A stretch of DNA of 64,000 nt from Candidatus Harrysmithiimonas galli (GCA_904373265.1 CAJFEE010000008.1:1132-65131); one strand, 5' to 3'. Positions 18,745-28,707 are shown, counted from the stretch's first letter. Made by a program: numbers and translations. Notes: generated from the sequence alone by a model not told the origin.

Positions 18745-20606
18745 ATTTGTTCCTCCAATCTTCCATAACCATATTCTTTTAAGGTGTTATAATATAAATT
18801 TGTAATTTCTTTATACTCCCTATGATAATTTTCATCCTCCACTTCATATATTTCCTTCAAGCCAATTATGCAGGTTTCATATGTATCTTTTAAAATCATT
18901 TGAATATCATCATTATTTTTCTTATGATAATAAGCAATAGAAATTTTGACTAAATGAAACGTTTTACCACAAAGTAGAAGATAAAGCAAACGTAAAATTC
19001 GCTTGTTTTTATAAAAAAATTGAAATTGTTGAAAAACAGATAAAAAACACAAATGTTGCTTTAAACGTTCCTTATACAAAGCAAATTTTGGGAAATCATT
19101 AATATAATACTCCTCTATAACCTCTTTAGATAGACTTTTAAAATCTTCTTCTTGCTCAGAAGCACCCTCATGGATTACAATAACATTAATTCCATAAACA
19201 TCTCCCAACATACATAACAATAACTCATAGAATATATGTGAATAGAAATTTATACACAATTTCTTTGTATAATTTTCCTTCACATAAGAAATAGCCTCCA
19301 CTTTTAATAGTAAATCTCTTCGAAAAACATTCCCAGATAAATAGTTTGCAGTAAATCCATACTGTCTAATCGCATCTTCACCTTGGCTTGCCAATCCTGT
19401 ACTCTGAATTCTTTGTTGACCATCGCCATATGCTTTAATCATTGACAAATTTCTGTTTGAGACAATCACCTGCAATAGAATATCCAGTTTTTTAATAAAT
19501 ATAGTATCTTCATCACTCAGCATAAAGACAAACTTCCCTTTTGCCAAATTAATAACTTGAGCAAAATTCAGTGTAGAAAATTGGTTACTTTCAAAAGAAA
19601 AATAGGTAATTCTTGCGTCTTCTATTTTTGAAATTTTTTCATAAAATTTTGCTGTATAATTATCTGTACCGTTATTTGAAACCACAATCTCAATTTCATC
19701 ATCATACTCTGATTGTAAATGATGTATGACACTTTCATACGCTCGATGACCCCGATTGTAACTTGGGATTCCGATTGTCAATAAAATATTATCCCGTTTT
19801 CTTGTTAAATCATGAATACGTTGATTATGGATTTCATGAATTAAATCCTCTATATCCTTTTTAGTAAAACTTTGACTTGTACTGATAAAATTTCGTGGTA
19901 AATATGCATTGCATCCTATAAAATAACTTACAACATCCTGTTGATTTCCAAAAATTTTGGTCTGCTGCATAAAAAATAAAAAACGTGACATATCAGGTAG
20001 TTGAAAAAAGGAAAATAAATACTTTATCTTTTCTGTGTAAACATACAATTTTTTCTCATTAGGTATTCTTCTAATATAAGAAATTATCTCATAGATATTT
20101 CCGTCATTTGCGAATAAGTAGTCAGCAAATGGGTTGGTTTTTCTTGGCAATTCTACTGCTCTTTTATCATCAACATCTATACTGATAATTTTTTCTTCTA
20201 GGCGATTATAAAAATATTTTTTTGTGGTTAAAGTCGGAATAAACCACAAGTCTAAATCTTCAAAAGAAACATCTTCATCTATATAAATATTATCCTTCAA
20301 CTGTTCTATAGTTGTTTCATAATTTTCTTTACATTCTTCTAAATTCGGCTCAATAAATGCTTCGTACACAATTTGACGAATCTCCTCTTTTGGAAAGCCA
20401 TATTCTTGTGCCTGTGCAAAAAAATTCATACATTGATCATAATTTTCTAAACGAAACATAAAAAAAGCATAATGTAAATAAAACTCTGCTTTTTGATCGT
20501 TAGAAGCATAAACCAAGACTCGCTCTAATTGTTGATACGCTTCCAAAGCTTGTTGAGTATTTTCAATGTGACAAATTTTTTCTAGTTGCTGCAAAAGAGC
20601 ATCCAT
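18741..20606 (-). CDS. Family-2 glycosyltransferase with N-terminal TPR-like region (flagellin glycosyltransferase candidate)
   Basis: 621 aa. GT2 signature LLTIGIPSYNRGH...IVVSNNGTDN and an SDEDT acidic motif. It is the first gene of the island. Confidence 0.7.
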   Translation of the reverse strand: MDALLQQLEKICHIENTQQALEAYQQLERVLVYASNDQKAEFYLHYAFFMFRLENYDQCMNFFAQAQEYGFPKEEIRQIVYEAFIEPNLEECKENYETTIEQLKDNIYIDEDVSFEDLDLWFIPTLTTKKYFYNRLEEKIISIDVDDKRAVELPRKTNPFADYLFANDGNIYEIISYIRRIPNEKKLYVYTEKIKYLFSFFQLPDMSRFLFFMQQTKIFGNQQDVVSYFIGCNAYLPRNFISTSQSFTKKDIEDLIHEIHNQRIHDLTRKRDNILLTIGIPSYNRGHRAYESVIHHLQSEYDDEIEIVVSNNGTDNYTAKFYEKISKIEDARITYFSFESNQFSTLNFAQVINLAKGKFVFMLSDEDTIFIKKLDILLQVIVSNRNLSMIKAYGDGQQRIQSTGLASQGEDAIRQYGFTANYLSGNVFRRDLLLKVEAISYVKENYTKKLCINFYSHIFYELLLCMLGDVYGINVIVIHEGASEQEEDFKSLSKEVIEEYYINDFPKFALYKERLKQHLCFLSVFQQFQFFYKNKRILRLLYLLLCGKTFHLVKISIAYYHKKNNDDIQMILKDTYETCIIGLKEIYEVEDENYHREYKEITNLYYNTLKEYGYGRLEEQI

Positions 20607-20716
20607 AAATAACGTACTTCCTTTCCGTCAAAAATAAATTACCAATCAAACCTACTATACAAATAAAATTTTCCATCTAAAACCTTACATTTAAAAAAAC
20701 CTATCCTACATAAGAT

Positions 20717-20743
20717 GTATCGGCAAATCCCATCCTAAATTTA
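20717..20743 (-). promoter_or_regulatory. Sigma-D (sigma-28) type promoter in front of the glycosylation island
   Basis: Minus strand reads TAAA (20743-20740), a 15-nt spacer, then GCCGATAC (20724-20717). It lies ~110 nt upstream of the GT2-TPR start. Confidence 0.6.
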
Positions 20744-20917
20744 TAGTACCAATCTTTTATGTTAAATAAATCATTCATCCAAATTTCTCCTTCCATAAGA
20801 AAACTTTTGTTTCTGGAATAAAAAAGGAATCCTCTATACAAAAATGAGGAAACCAAAAAGAAAATATTGAATCTAATCGTTAACAAATATTATACTATAG
20901 ATAAAGAAGGTGAAGTT

Positions 20918-22201
20918 ATGACATACATTCAATTTGATTTTCAAAATCCAATTATTTTTAAAGAAACACAAATGATAAAATTCCAACAACAATTAAAAAA
21001 TATTCATCATAAACTTTGCGTACAAAAACAACAAAAGAATCCATGTTTAGACTGGATGAATATCCATCAAACCGAGGACAATTTCAAAATTCAGGAGCTT
21101 GCAAAAAAAATTAGAAATCGTTTCCAATTCTTAGTAGTTATTGGAATTGGTGGTTCTTATGCGGGCGCAAAAGCAGCCATTGAAATGCTACAGGGAACAA
21201 TGAATCATGGAACAAAAATTTTATTTGTTGGACAAAATATGAGCTCTTCCTATATTCATCAAATTTTAGAACAGCTACATGATAAAGACTTTGCCATTCA
21301 TATGATCTCTAAATCTGGTTCTACTCTTGAACCTGCTTTAGCTTTTCGGATTTTTCGTACCTTTTTGGAAAAAAAGTATGGAGAAAATGGTGCACAGGAA
21401 AGGATTTTTGTTACAACAAACCCAAATGATGGAAATCTATTGAAACTAAGCCAAAAGAAAAAATACACAATATTTGCACTGCCTGAAAATATTTGCGGAA
21501 GATTTTCTGTGTTGACATCTGTTGGGTTACTGCCTATGGCTGTAGCTGGAATTGATATTGAATATGTACAAAAAGGCGCAACAACAGCGTATAAAGAATT
21601 ATTTTCACAAATATTCAATTTCAATAATCCTGTATATCAATACGTTTTATATCGTAATTTACTTTATCAATCTGGAAAGAAAATAGAATTGTTTGTAAAC
21701 TATGATCCAGATATGCTTGCATTCGGCAAATGGTGGTCGCAGCTTTTTGCCGAAAGTGAAGGAAAAAACCATAAAGGAATTTTTCCATCTACAGTAATTT
21801 TTTCAACTGACTTACACACAATCGGTCAATATATTCAAGAAGGTGAACGCCATCTATTTGAAACCGTTCTTTGGTTTGAAAATACATTATCAAATATTAC
21901 AATCGAAGCAGATTTTGAAAACCTAGATGGTTTAAATGATTTAGCTGGACAAACCTTGCAAAATATCAATAAAAAAGCTTTTTTAGGAACACTTCAAGCT
22001 CATGTTGAAGGTGGCGTACCAAACTTTATTCTTACCATTCCAAAAAAAGATGCTTTTTCTTTTGGCTATCTTGTATATTTTTTCGAGCTTGCTGTGACTC
22101 TTAGCAGCTATCTCAATAAAGTTGACCCGTTTAATCAACCTGGGGTAGAAGCCTATAAAGATTATATGTACTCACTTTTAAATCAATGTCCAATTGGATA
22201 A
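20918..22201 (+). CDS. pgi: Glucose-6-phosphate isomerase
   Basis: IGIGGSYAGAKA and ISKSGSTLEP motifs. The ATG at 20918 is preceded by aagaaggtgaag; the ORF-track start at 20867 is probably too far upstream. Confidence 0.92.
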   Translation: MTYIQFDFQNPIIFKETQMIKFQQQLKNIHHKLCVQKQQKNPCLDWMNIHQTEDNFKIQELAKKIRNRFQFLVVIGIGGSYAGAKAAIEMLQGTMNHGTKILFVGQNMSSSYIHQILEQLHDKDFAIHMISKSGSTLEPALAFRIFRTFLEKKYGENGAQERIFVTTNPNDGNLLKLSQKKKYTIFALPENICGRFSVLTSVGLLPMAVAGIDIEYVQKGATTAYKELFSQIFNFNNPVYQYVLYRNLLYQSGKKIELFVNYDPDMLAFGKWWSQLFAESEGKNHKGIFPSTVIFSTDLHTIGQYIQEGERHLFETVLWFENTLSNITIEADFENLDGLNDLAGQTLQNINKKAFLGTLQAHVEGGVPNFILTIPKKDAFSFGYLVYFFELAVTLSSYLNKVDPFNQPGVEAYKDYMYSLLNQCPIG

Positions 22202-22246
22202 ACAAATATACCGCTTAAATTACAGAGAAAAAGGAGAATATTACAA

Positions 22247-22279
22247 CAGCTCCCAATCGTTTACAGGGAGCTATTTTGC
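22247..22279 (+). terminator. pgi terminator
   Basis: cagctccc / gggagct stem with an 11-nt loop, followed by attttg. Confidence 0.55.
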
Positions 22280-22553
22280 TATAGAAAATTGGAATATTTA
22301 ATATGATCCGATCATTTAACCTTATAACACAAAATAAAGCTACTATACAAAAGTTTGATAGTGAAGCGAATAAAGGTGCATCTTCTTTATTATATTTTAA
22401 ACACATATTATAAAAATATTTAATAGAGACAGATTATCTGCCAAAGCAAGAAATTGATAAATATCGTTACACAGTATGTAAAAGCAAAAAAGAAATCTGA
22501 CAAATTACCCTCAAACAAAACGATTTACAGCTACTTCTGTAAACAAATATTTT

Positions 22554-22596
22554 AAGCCTGCAATTCGTTATCCAAAACGATTTACAGGCTTTTTTA
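22554..22596 (+). terminator. Second plus-strand terminator-like hairpin
   Basis: aagcctg ... caggctt stem followed by T6. There is no annotated plus-strand gene between it and the pgi terminator. Confidence 0.4.
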
Positions 22597-22665
22597 GATA
22601 TTTTTACACAATACCTTAAAATTTAAAAGCTAAATATTGATTCCTATATACCATATTTCGTATTT

Positions 22666-23937
22666 TTATATCAATAATTGGAACAGCTGTTCATCTTTAT
22701 TGACCTCTTTGAAGGTGAACCCTTTATCCTTCATGCGCTGAATCAAAGCAGAATAATCTTTTCGATGCTTTAATTCAATACCGACCAGAGCAGGGCCTTG
22801 TGCTTTATTATTGTTTTTCGTATATTCAAAACGTGTAATATCATCTGTGGGACCGAGCACTTCAACCAAAAACTCACGCAAAGCGCCAGCTCGCTGTGGA
22901 AAATCTACAATAAAATAATGCTGAAGTCCCTCATAAATCATAGAGCGTTCTTTCATTTCCTGCATGCGGGCAATATCATTGTTTCCTCCGCTGATAATAC
23001 AAACAATATTTTTTCCGACAATTTTATCCTTGTAATCCTCCAAGGCAGAAACAGTCAGTGCTCCAGCAGGCTCAGCAACAATGGCATTTTCATTATATAA
23101 CGATAAAATGGTTGTACAAACACGCCCTTCTGGAACGACAACAATGTCGTCAACCACCTCTGAGCAAACTGCAAAGGTTTTGTCACCAATTTTCGCTACA
23201 GCCGCACCATCCACAAATTTATCAATGCTTGGTAGTTCAACAACTTTTCCTTCCTTTAGCGAAGTGAATAATGAGGCAGCTCCAGCAGGCTCAACACCAA
23301 TAATTTTTGTTGTTGGAGAAAGAGTTTTCATATAGGTACCAATTCCGGAAATCAAGCCTCCACCACCAACACTGGCAAACAAATAATCCAATGTTGTATC
23401 GCATTGATTTAAAATTTCCACTGCAACTGTACCTTGCCCAGCCATCACACGCACATCATCAAAAGGATGTACAAATACCGCAGAATGTTCTTCACAATAC
23501 TTTACAGCTTCCTTATAAGATTCATCAAAAGTATCTCCAGTTAGTACAATTTCCACATAACCTCTACCATGCAGCTCGACCTGTGCCACCTTTTGTCGGG
23601 GTGTTGTAGATGGCATAAAAATCATTCCTTTTGTTTGAAGCAGAGCACAAGAAAACGCAACTCCTTGTGCATGATTGCCTGCACTGGCACAAACTACTCC
23701 TCTTTTTAACTCATCTGCCGACAACGACTTCATAAAATTCAATGCACCACGCAATTTGAAGGATCGAACGATTTGCAGATCTTCACGTTTTAAGTATACA
23801 TTACAACTGTACTTTTCAGACAAGCGCTCATCTTTTTGCAAAGGTGTCTGCTGTACCACATCCTTTAAGCGCTGATAGCTGATCATAATATCCTCAATGG
23901 ACAGCAAATGCTCTCCATGTTTCAATTGGTCTTCCAT
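22666..23937 (-). CDS. ilvA: Threonine ammonia-lyase (biosynthetic threonine dehydratase)
   Basis: 423 aa, PLP lysine motif SFKLRGA, GGGGLISG glycine loop, and a C-terminal ACT-like regulatory domain. Confidence 0.92.
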   Translation of the reverse strand: MEDQLKHGEHLLSIEDIMISYQRLKDVVQQTPLQKDERLSEKYSCNVYLKREDLQIVRSFKLRGALNFMKSLSADELKRGVVCASAGNHAQGVAFSCALLQTKGMIFMPSTTPRQKVAQVELHGRGYVEIVLTGDTFDESYKEAVKYCEEHSAVFVHPFDDVRVMAGQGTVAVEILNQCDTTLDYLFASVGGGGLISGIGTYMKTLSPTTKIIGVEPAGAASLFTSLKEGKVVELPSIDKFVDGAAVAKIGDKTFAVCSEVVDDIVVVPEGRVCTTILSLYNENAIVAEPAGALTVSALEDYKDKIVGKNIVCIISGGNNDIARMQEMKERSMIYEGLQHYFIVDFPQRAGALREFLVEVLGPTDDITRFEYTKNNNKAQGPALVGIELKHRKDYSALIQRMKDKGFTFKEVNKDEQLFQLLI

Positions 23938-24034
23938 TTTTCAATCCCCCATACTCATTCACTATCTTTCTATTATATCAAACGATTTCTTAATGTATAG
24001 AAAGTTTTTCGAAAAAATGTCATTCTATGTCGAT

Positions 24035-24952
24035 TTATGTATCATTCTTCAGATGATTGATTCTTTTTTTGGGTAACTGCTTTTCTGGTCTCTCTGCAAT
24101 ATAAACACCACAAATAATAAAAACCGAACCAAGCAAAGCATAAATGGTAATTGACTCATTTAAAAACAACCAAGCGAAAAGCATCGTTAAAAATGGAACA
24201 AAATAAATAAAATGATTCGTTTTTACAGCACCCAACACATAAATGGCCTGATTCCAAACTACAAAACATAGCCCCGATGCAACAATTCCCAAAAAAAACA
24301 AATTCCCCAAAACAACTGGCTGTATCCATCGTTCCAGATCCCAAGTAAACTCTCCAAAGATAAGAAACGGAAATGATGTCAATACACTATAAAAGAAAAC
24401 TTTTCGCGTCACATAAATTGCCGAATGCCCGGTTTGAATTAACTTAATAAAAATCGAATAAAACGCAAAGGACAACGCTGCTACACCAGCAAGCAAATCA
24501 CCGATCGGGCTGATCTGCAAAACAACTTGCCCATTAAAAATCACAAAAGCTACACCGATAAAAGCTAAAATACCACCTATGAATAGTTGCTTTTTTAATG
24601 GCTCTCCACGTACCATAAAATGTGCCAAAAATGCAGTGATAATTGGAATTCCTGCTGTAATTAGTCCTACATTGGTGGCGAGCGTATATTTTAACGCATA
24701 ATTTTCTGTAAAAAAATATAAACTACCGCCAAAAAAGCCAGCTAATCCATAATAGAATTCTGTTTTTTTGTTTTGAACTGGATAAAACTTCGGATGCAAA
24801 AGCAATAAGACTATATAGGCAATCACAAAACGAAAAAACATGATTTCCTCAGGACTTAAATACAAAAGTAAAGCTTTTGTTGAAACAAAAGTAAAACTCC
24901 ATACCATAATTGTAAAAAAGGCTAGAAAATAGTACATCCATTCTTTTCTCAA
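24035..24952 (-). CDS. DMT-superfamily (EamA-type) transporter
   Basis: 305 aa, about ten hydrophobic segments, two-EamA-repeat architecture. Confidence 0.8.
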   Translation of the reverse strand: MRKEWMYYFLAFFTIMVWSFTFVSTKALLLYLSPEEIMFFRFVIAYIVLLLLHPKFYPVQNKKTEFYYGLAGFFGGSLYFFTENYALKYTLATNVGLITAGIPIITAFLAHFMVRGEPLKKQLFIGGILAFIGVAFVIFNGQVVLQISPIGDLLAGVAALSFAFYSIFIKLIQTGHSAIYVTRKVFFYSVLTSFPFLIFGEFTWDLERWIQPVVLGNLFFLGIVASGLCFVVWNQAIYVLGAVKTNHFIYFVPFLTMLFAWLFLNESITIYALLGSVFIICGVYIAERPEKQLPKKRINHLKNDT

Positions 24953-25947
24953 ATTACCTCTCCTCTCTAAATTTTTACGTGTTTTACTTCATCCTATTTA
25001 TGGAATAAGGAAATAGAATTTATCTTTACCAACCGCTTTTATCTAGTCTGACAAAATATTATTTTCTGTCATGAAAAATAGAAAAAAGAAGTCTCACACT
25101 CGGAAAATAAAGAATGCAAAACTTTCTTAATTATAAAAAATATATTTGATGTTTAATTGTAGATTTTACACAAATCAGAAAATCACTACTTCATACATGA
25201 ATGGATGCAGCCTTGTACCAAAACACTTTGAAAACTTTTTTAGAAAATCATCCCAAAAATTGACAAATAAGCTCTCTGTTCACATTCGTATATTATTGAT
25301 ATCTTTTTACTACAATTTATTCTAAATCATGTATTTTTATTCTGAATTTTTTAAAACTCTTCTTTTAGATTTTTGTACTTCTTGATCATCCTTGTCAATA
25401 TTGATCATTTTTTAAACCATTTTACCTGTTTCTTTACTGGCCTTGATTTGTTCCAGACACTTATGATTTAACAGATTCTCTGATACAGGCTTCATGTTTT
25501 GTCTTGGATCAGTTTATTCTTTTACTCTATTCATCAACAACAAGGATCTTATTTTATTTTTCATTTTTCTTCACAAAATTTTTCCAGATTATTGTTTTTC
25601 ACCAACAATTGACTTTTGAAAACTGGAATTTTGAGTTAAATTGATTTTCATCGTTTTTTGTCCTTTTTCATTACTTCCCATTATCTTTTGTAAAGAACTA
25701 CCAATAGAATTCTATCATTTCAAATCTATTTCTGCAAACGCTTATGTACCAATATATTTCAAGTTATCAAAGTTTTATGATTTTCATGGACTTCCAATAA
25801 TAGGAACCAATTTTTACTCATTTTGTTAAACAATGACAGAAAAAAAGAGCTTTGATAATTAGATAAATACCGATAGGGAAATATTGAAGAGAACTTATTA
25901 TTCACGATGACAGACAGAGGCTAGGATAAAATAATAAAAATATAATG

Positions 25948-25995
25948 AAAAAATCCAATATAATCTATGTAAATTCAAATTTATGTTGGATTTTT
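25948..25995. terminator. Orphan bidirectional hairpin in an ORF-poor region
   Basis: aaaaaatccaatataa / ttatgttggattttt, ~15 bp stem with one G-U pair, flanked by A and T runs. Confidence 0.35.
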
Positions 25996-26712
25996 CTATG
26001 CAATCTAAGAAAATAAATCCCATTTGGAAAATTTTCCTTACATTTATTGTCATAAGGACAAACCCTAATTCATTAAGATGGGAAATCTAACTGGAAAAGA
26101 GGATGTTTTTACACTCTCAAAATTGTAATATAACAGAAGAAATAAAACGATAAATTATAATTTTCAAAAAATAAGAATGTAGAAAACAGATTGATGATTG
26201 GATAGGATACCATGAATTTATGAAAATGGCACAAACTACTTTGGATTGTGCTTGCATGATTTTTACATATGTAGATGGTAAAATTGAATATGGAAATCAA
26301 CATAGTTTGTGAAAATGAACACAGTGATTCTTTCTTACTGTTCGTACCAAACATACCATGAAACGATAGCATAGGTTTCAGAGAGTTGCACTCTTGCTGT
26401 CAGATATATAGAAGCAGGTTTTTCCTATATCAGTTATAAGAAAAGGGAGACTTCTTGTAACAAGGCATACTGGAAAACAAGATCGTGTAATTGCTTGAAC
26501 ATGTTAAAAAGGAACTATGATATTGAATCTAGTTAAAAATTAACTGAACGTAGGAGATTTCTATAATGAAAAATAATCATCTATGAATCAATCATTTTGT
26601 GATTTGATAAATATAGTTTATATTAAAAATAACAAAATACCTCAAAAAACCCATCTTTTAAGGTATCTTGTCTTCACCTTGGCTCTATATTTCATAAGAA
26701 CTTTTTAGTCAG

Positions 26713-27972
26713 CTATGCCCACTTTCTAATCAACTTGAATCTTTGATTGTTTCCACCATGATAAGGATATTGAATTGCCTCTGTATAATTACTTGTAGAA
26801 TTATCAGACATATCCAATACTTGTCCCGTTTTGACATTTGTAATTACACATTCATACTGTTTAAGCCAGCCATCTGAGATGGTTCTGACAAGAGAAATCC
26901 GCCATAGCTGTTCATCCTGACCTGTATATGGAAATTGAATAATAGGTGTTTCTTTTGCCATGTCTCCTCGTGCAACTTCTAGCACTTTACCAGATTTATT
27001 ATTGGTAATTTTATATTTTCCATTTCCAACGTGAACAATCGTCCAATATTGATAATTTTCCCAGTTAGGACTATCTGCATAGGTATATTGGTATACATGC
27101 TCACTTGATTCATTGTTTGGAACCGTTAATGCTTTGTCACTTGAACTGAGTGGACAAATCGCATAACCACCATCTAAAATAGATGGTTGATACTTTTTGT
27201 CTACAATTCCCATATACCAATTGTAAACTTTTTCATTAATTTTCACGCCACCATTTTCGTTATTTGGCCCATATGCTGCATTATGAATTCCTAAAACTTC
27301 ATAAATCCCGCCTTTTTCCGCTCTATATACTGGGGCACCACTAAGCCCTGGACCTGTCTCTAAATTATAAATCATAGTTTGATTATTACTTCTTAATAAA
27401 TTACCCGTTAATTGGTACATTTCTCTTCCATTCCCCTTAGGTAATACACCCGCTAAGTTTAATTCTTCCCCTACTGTTAAAGATTGATTACTCAAAAAGA
27501 AATTTACCCAATAATTCGGATAGACATCCTTATCTAAAGGAGCATTTAAAATAAGTGCTGCATAATCTTGTGTTAAACTCCCAGATAAGTCTATATTATC
27601 TACTGTCCAACTTACATATCTCGGATTTACCTCAATTTGGTCAATTTTATAAGGTCCTCCCCATGTATTATTTTTAGTTGGCACATAAACAGATACAGAT
27701 TTTGCATATTCTTTTTTATCTGCATCATAAACACAATGTGCAGCTGTAACGATTATATGATCATTAATAAAAAAACCACTTCCAGATGTTTGACCATCGG
27801 AAAATTGCGAAATAATATTTACAATGTTAGAATATGGTGCCTGTGAAATATTTGTTATAGAAACTTTATTTCTCGTTTCTACAATACTAGAACTTTCAGC
27901 AAATGTATTTTCATAACTTGTAACACAAAATGTTACAATACAAGCAAAAAAAACATAAATAATCTTTTTCAT
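26713..27972 (-). CDS. Secreted trypsin-fold (S1B/V8-like) serine protease fused to a C-terminal ricin-type beta-trefoil lectin domain
   Basis: Signal peptide MKKIIYVFFACIVTFCVTSYENTFA. Catalytic triad context: VTAAHCV, DYAALIL, GPGLSGAPV. The C-terminal ~130 aa carry three QxW-like repeats (YQYW, EQLW, NQRF). Confidence 0.85.
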   Translation of the reverse strand: MKKIIYVFFACIVTFCVTSYENTFAESSSIVETRNKVSITNISQAPYSNIVNIISQFSDGQTSGSGFFINDHIIVTAAHCVYDADKKEYAKSVSVYVPTKNNTWGGPYKIDQIEVNPRYVSWTVDNIDLSGSLTQDYAALILNAPLDKDVYPNYWVNFFLSNQSLTVGEELNLAGVLPKGNGREMYQLTGNLLRSNNQTMIYNLETGPGLSGAPVYRAEKGGIYEVLGIHNAAYGPNNENGGVKINEKVYNWYMGIVDKKYQPSILDGGYAICPLSSSDKALTVPNNESSEHVYQYTYADSPNWENYQYWTIVHVGNGKYKITNNKSGKVLEVARGDMAKETPIIQFPYTGQDEQLWRISLVRTISDGWLKQYECVITNVKTGQVLDMSDNSTSNYTEAIQYPYHGGNNQRFKLIRKWA

Positions 27973-28121
27973 TATAAAATCTCTCCTTTCAGTATTTCAT
28001 AAATAATCTTTCTCATCATAAAATCTCCTCCTTTCAGTATTTATTCTTCTATATCTACCAAAATAATCCTTTTATCAACATATATCATTCATATAAATTT
28101 CACAAAAATCTGCGATCATTG

Positions 28122-28246
28122 TATATATTTAAATTAAATGATAAAAATTTATATGATTTTATGTGTACATTTAAATTGATATAAAATAAAAATATAATTT
28201 ATTTTTTATTAAATTAAATATTATAAATATAAATTTGGATTTATTT
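28122..28246. other. Near-pure A/T island
   Basis: About 7 G/C in 125 bp, with 68 consecutive A/T at 28179-28246. It lies upstream of the protease gene. Confidence 0.6.
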
Positions 28247-28707
28247 TTGGCTTTTCCCATACTTATGATAAAAAAACAAATGAACCTTCACAAAAACGAA
28301 TACAAGCTCTACACCAATTTTTCTATTTTTATAGATGTTTCTAGTTTCTTATTTTAAAAGCCATTTGATGGTCTAGAGTTTAAAATACTCCTTGTTGGAT
28401 TCTTTTCAATTCCCTTTCATTTATCTATCTGACTTTGCTTTCATTCACGTTTCTCAGATCAAGCAATCTATAAACGTTCACATAAATATCATTTAAATTC
28501 TTTACGTTTTCCACATTTATCTGTTAATTATGCATGCCTTGTAATAAGAAACATAACAACCATAAAGACAATCCTGATAATCTTTAATTATGCATAAGTA
28601 TAGTTATTTCATATTGCAATAAATTATATATAAAAAATTATTCTTAAAATTTTTGTGATATAATTTTCACTTTAGTTAAGAACGGTTTCTCTATTTTATT
28701 GAAAAAT

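Noticed and set aside
20701-20886. 61-aa minus-strand ORF in the divergent pgi/island promoter region.
   Set aside because: It overlaps the predicted sigma-D promoter and the pgi start. It has no RBS and a hydrophobic low-complexity sequence, so it is most likely non-coding.
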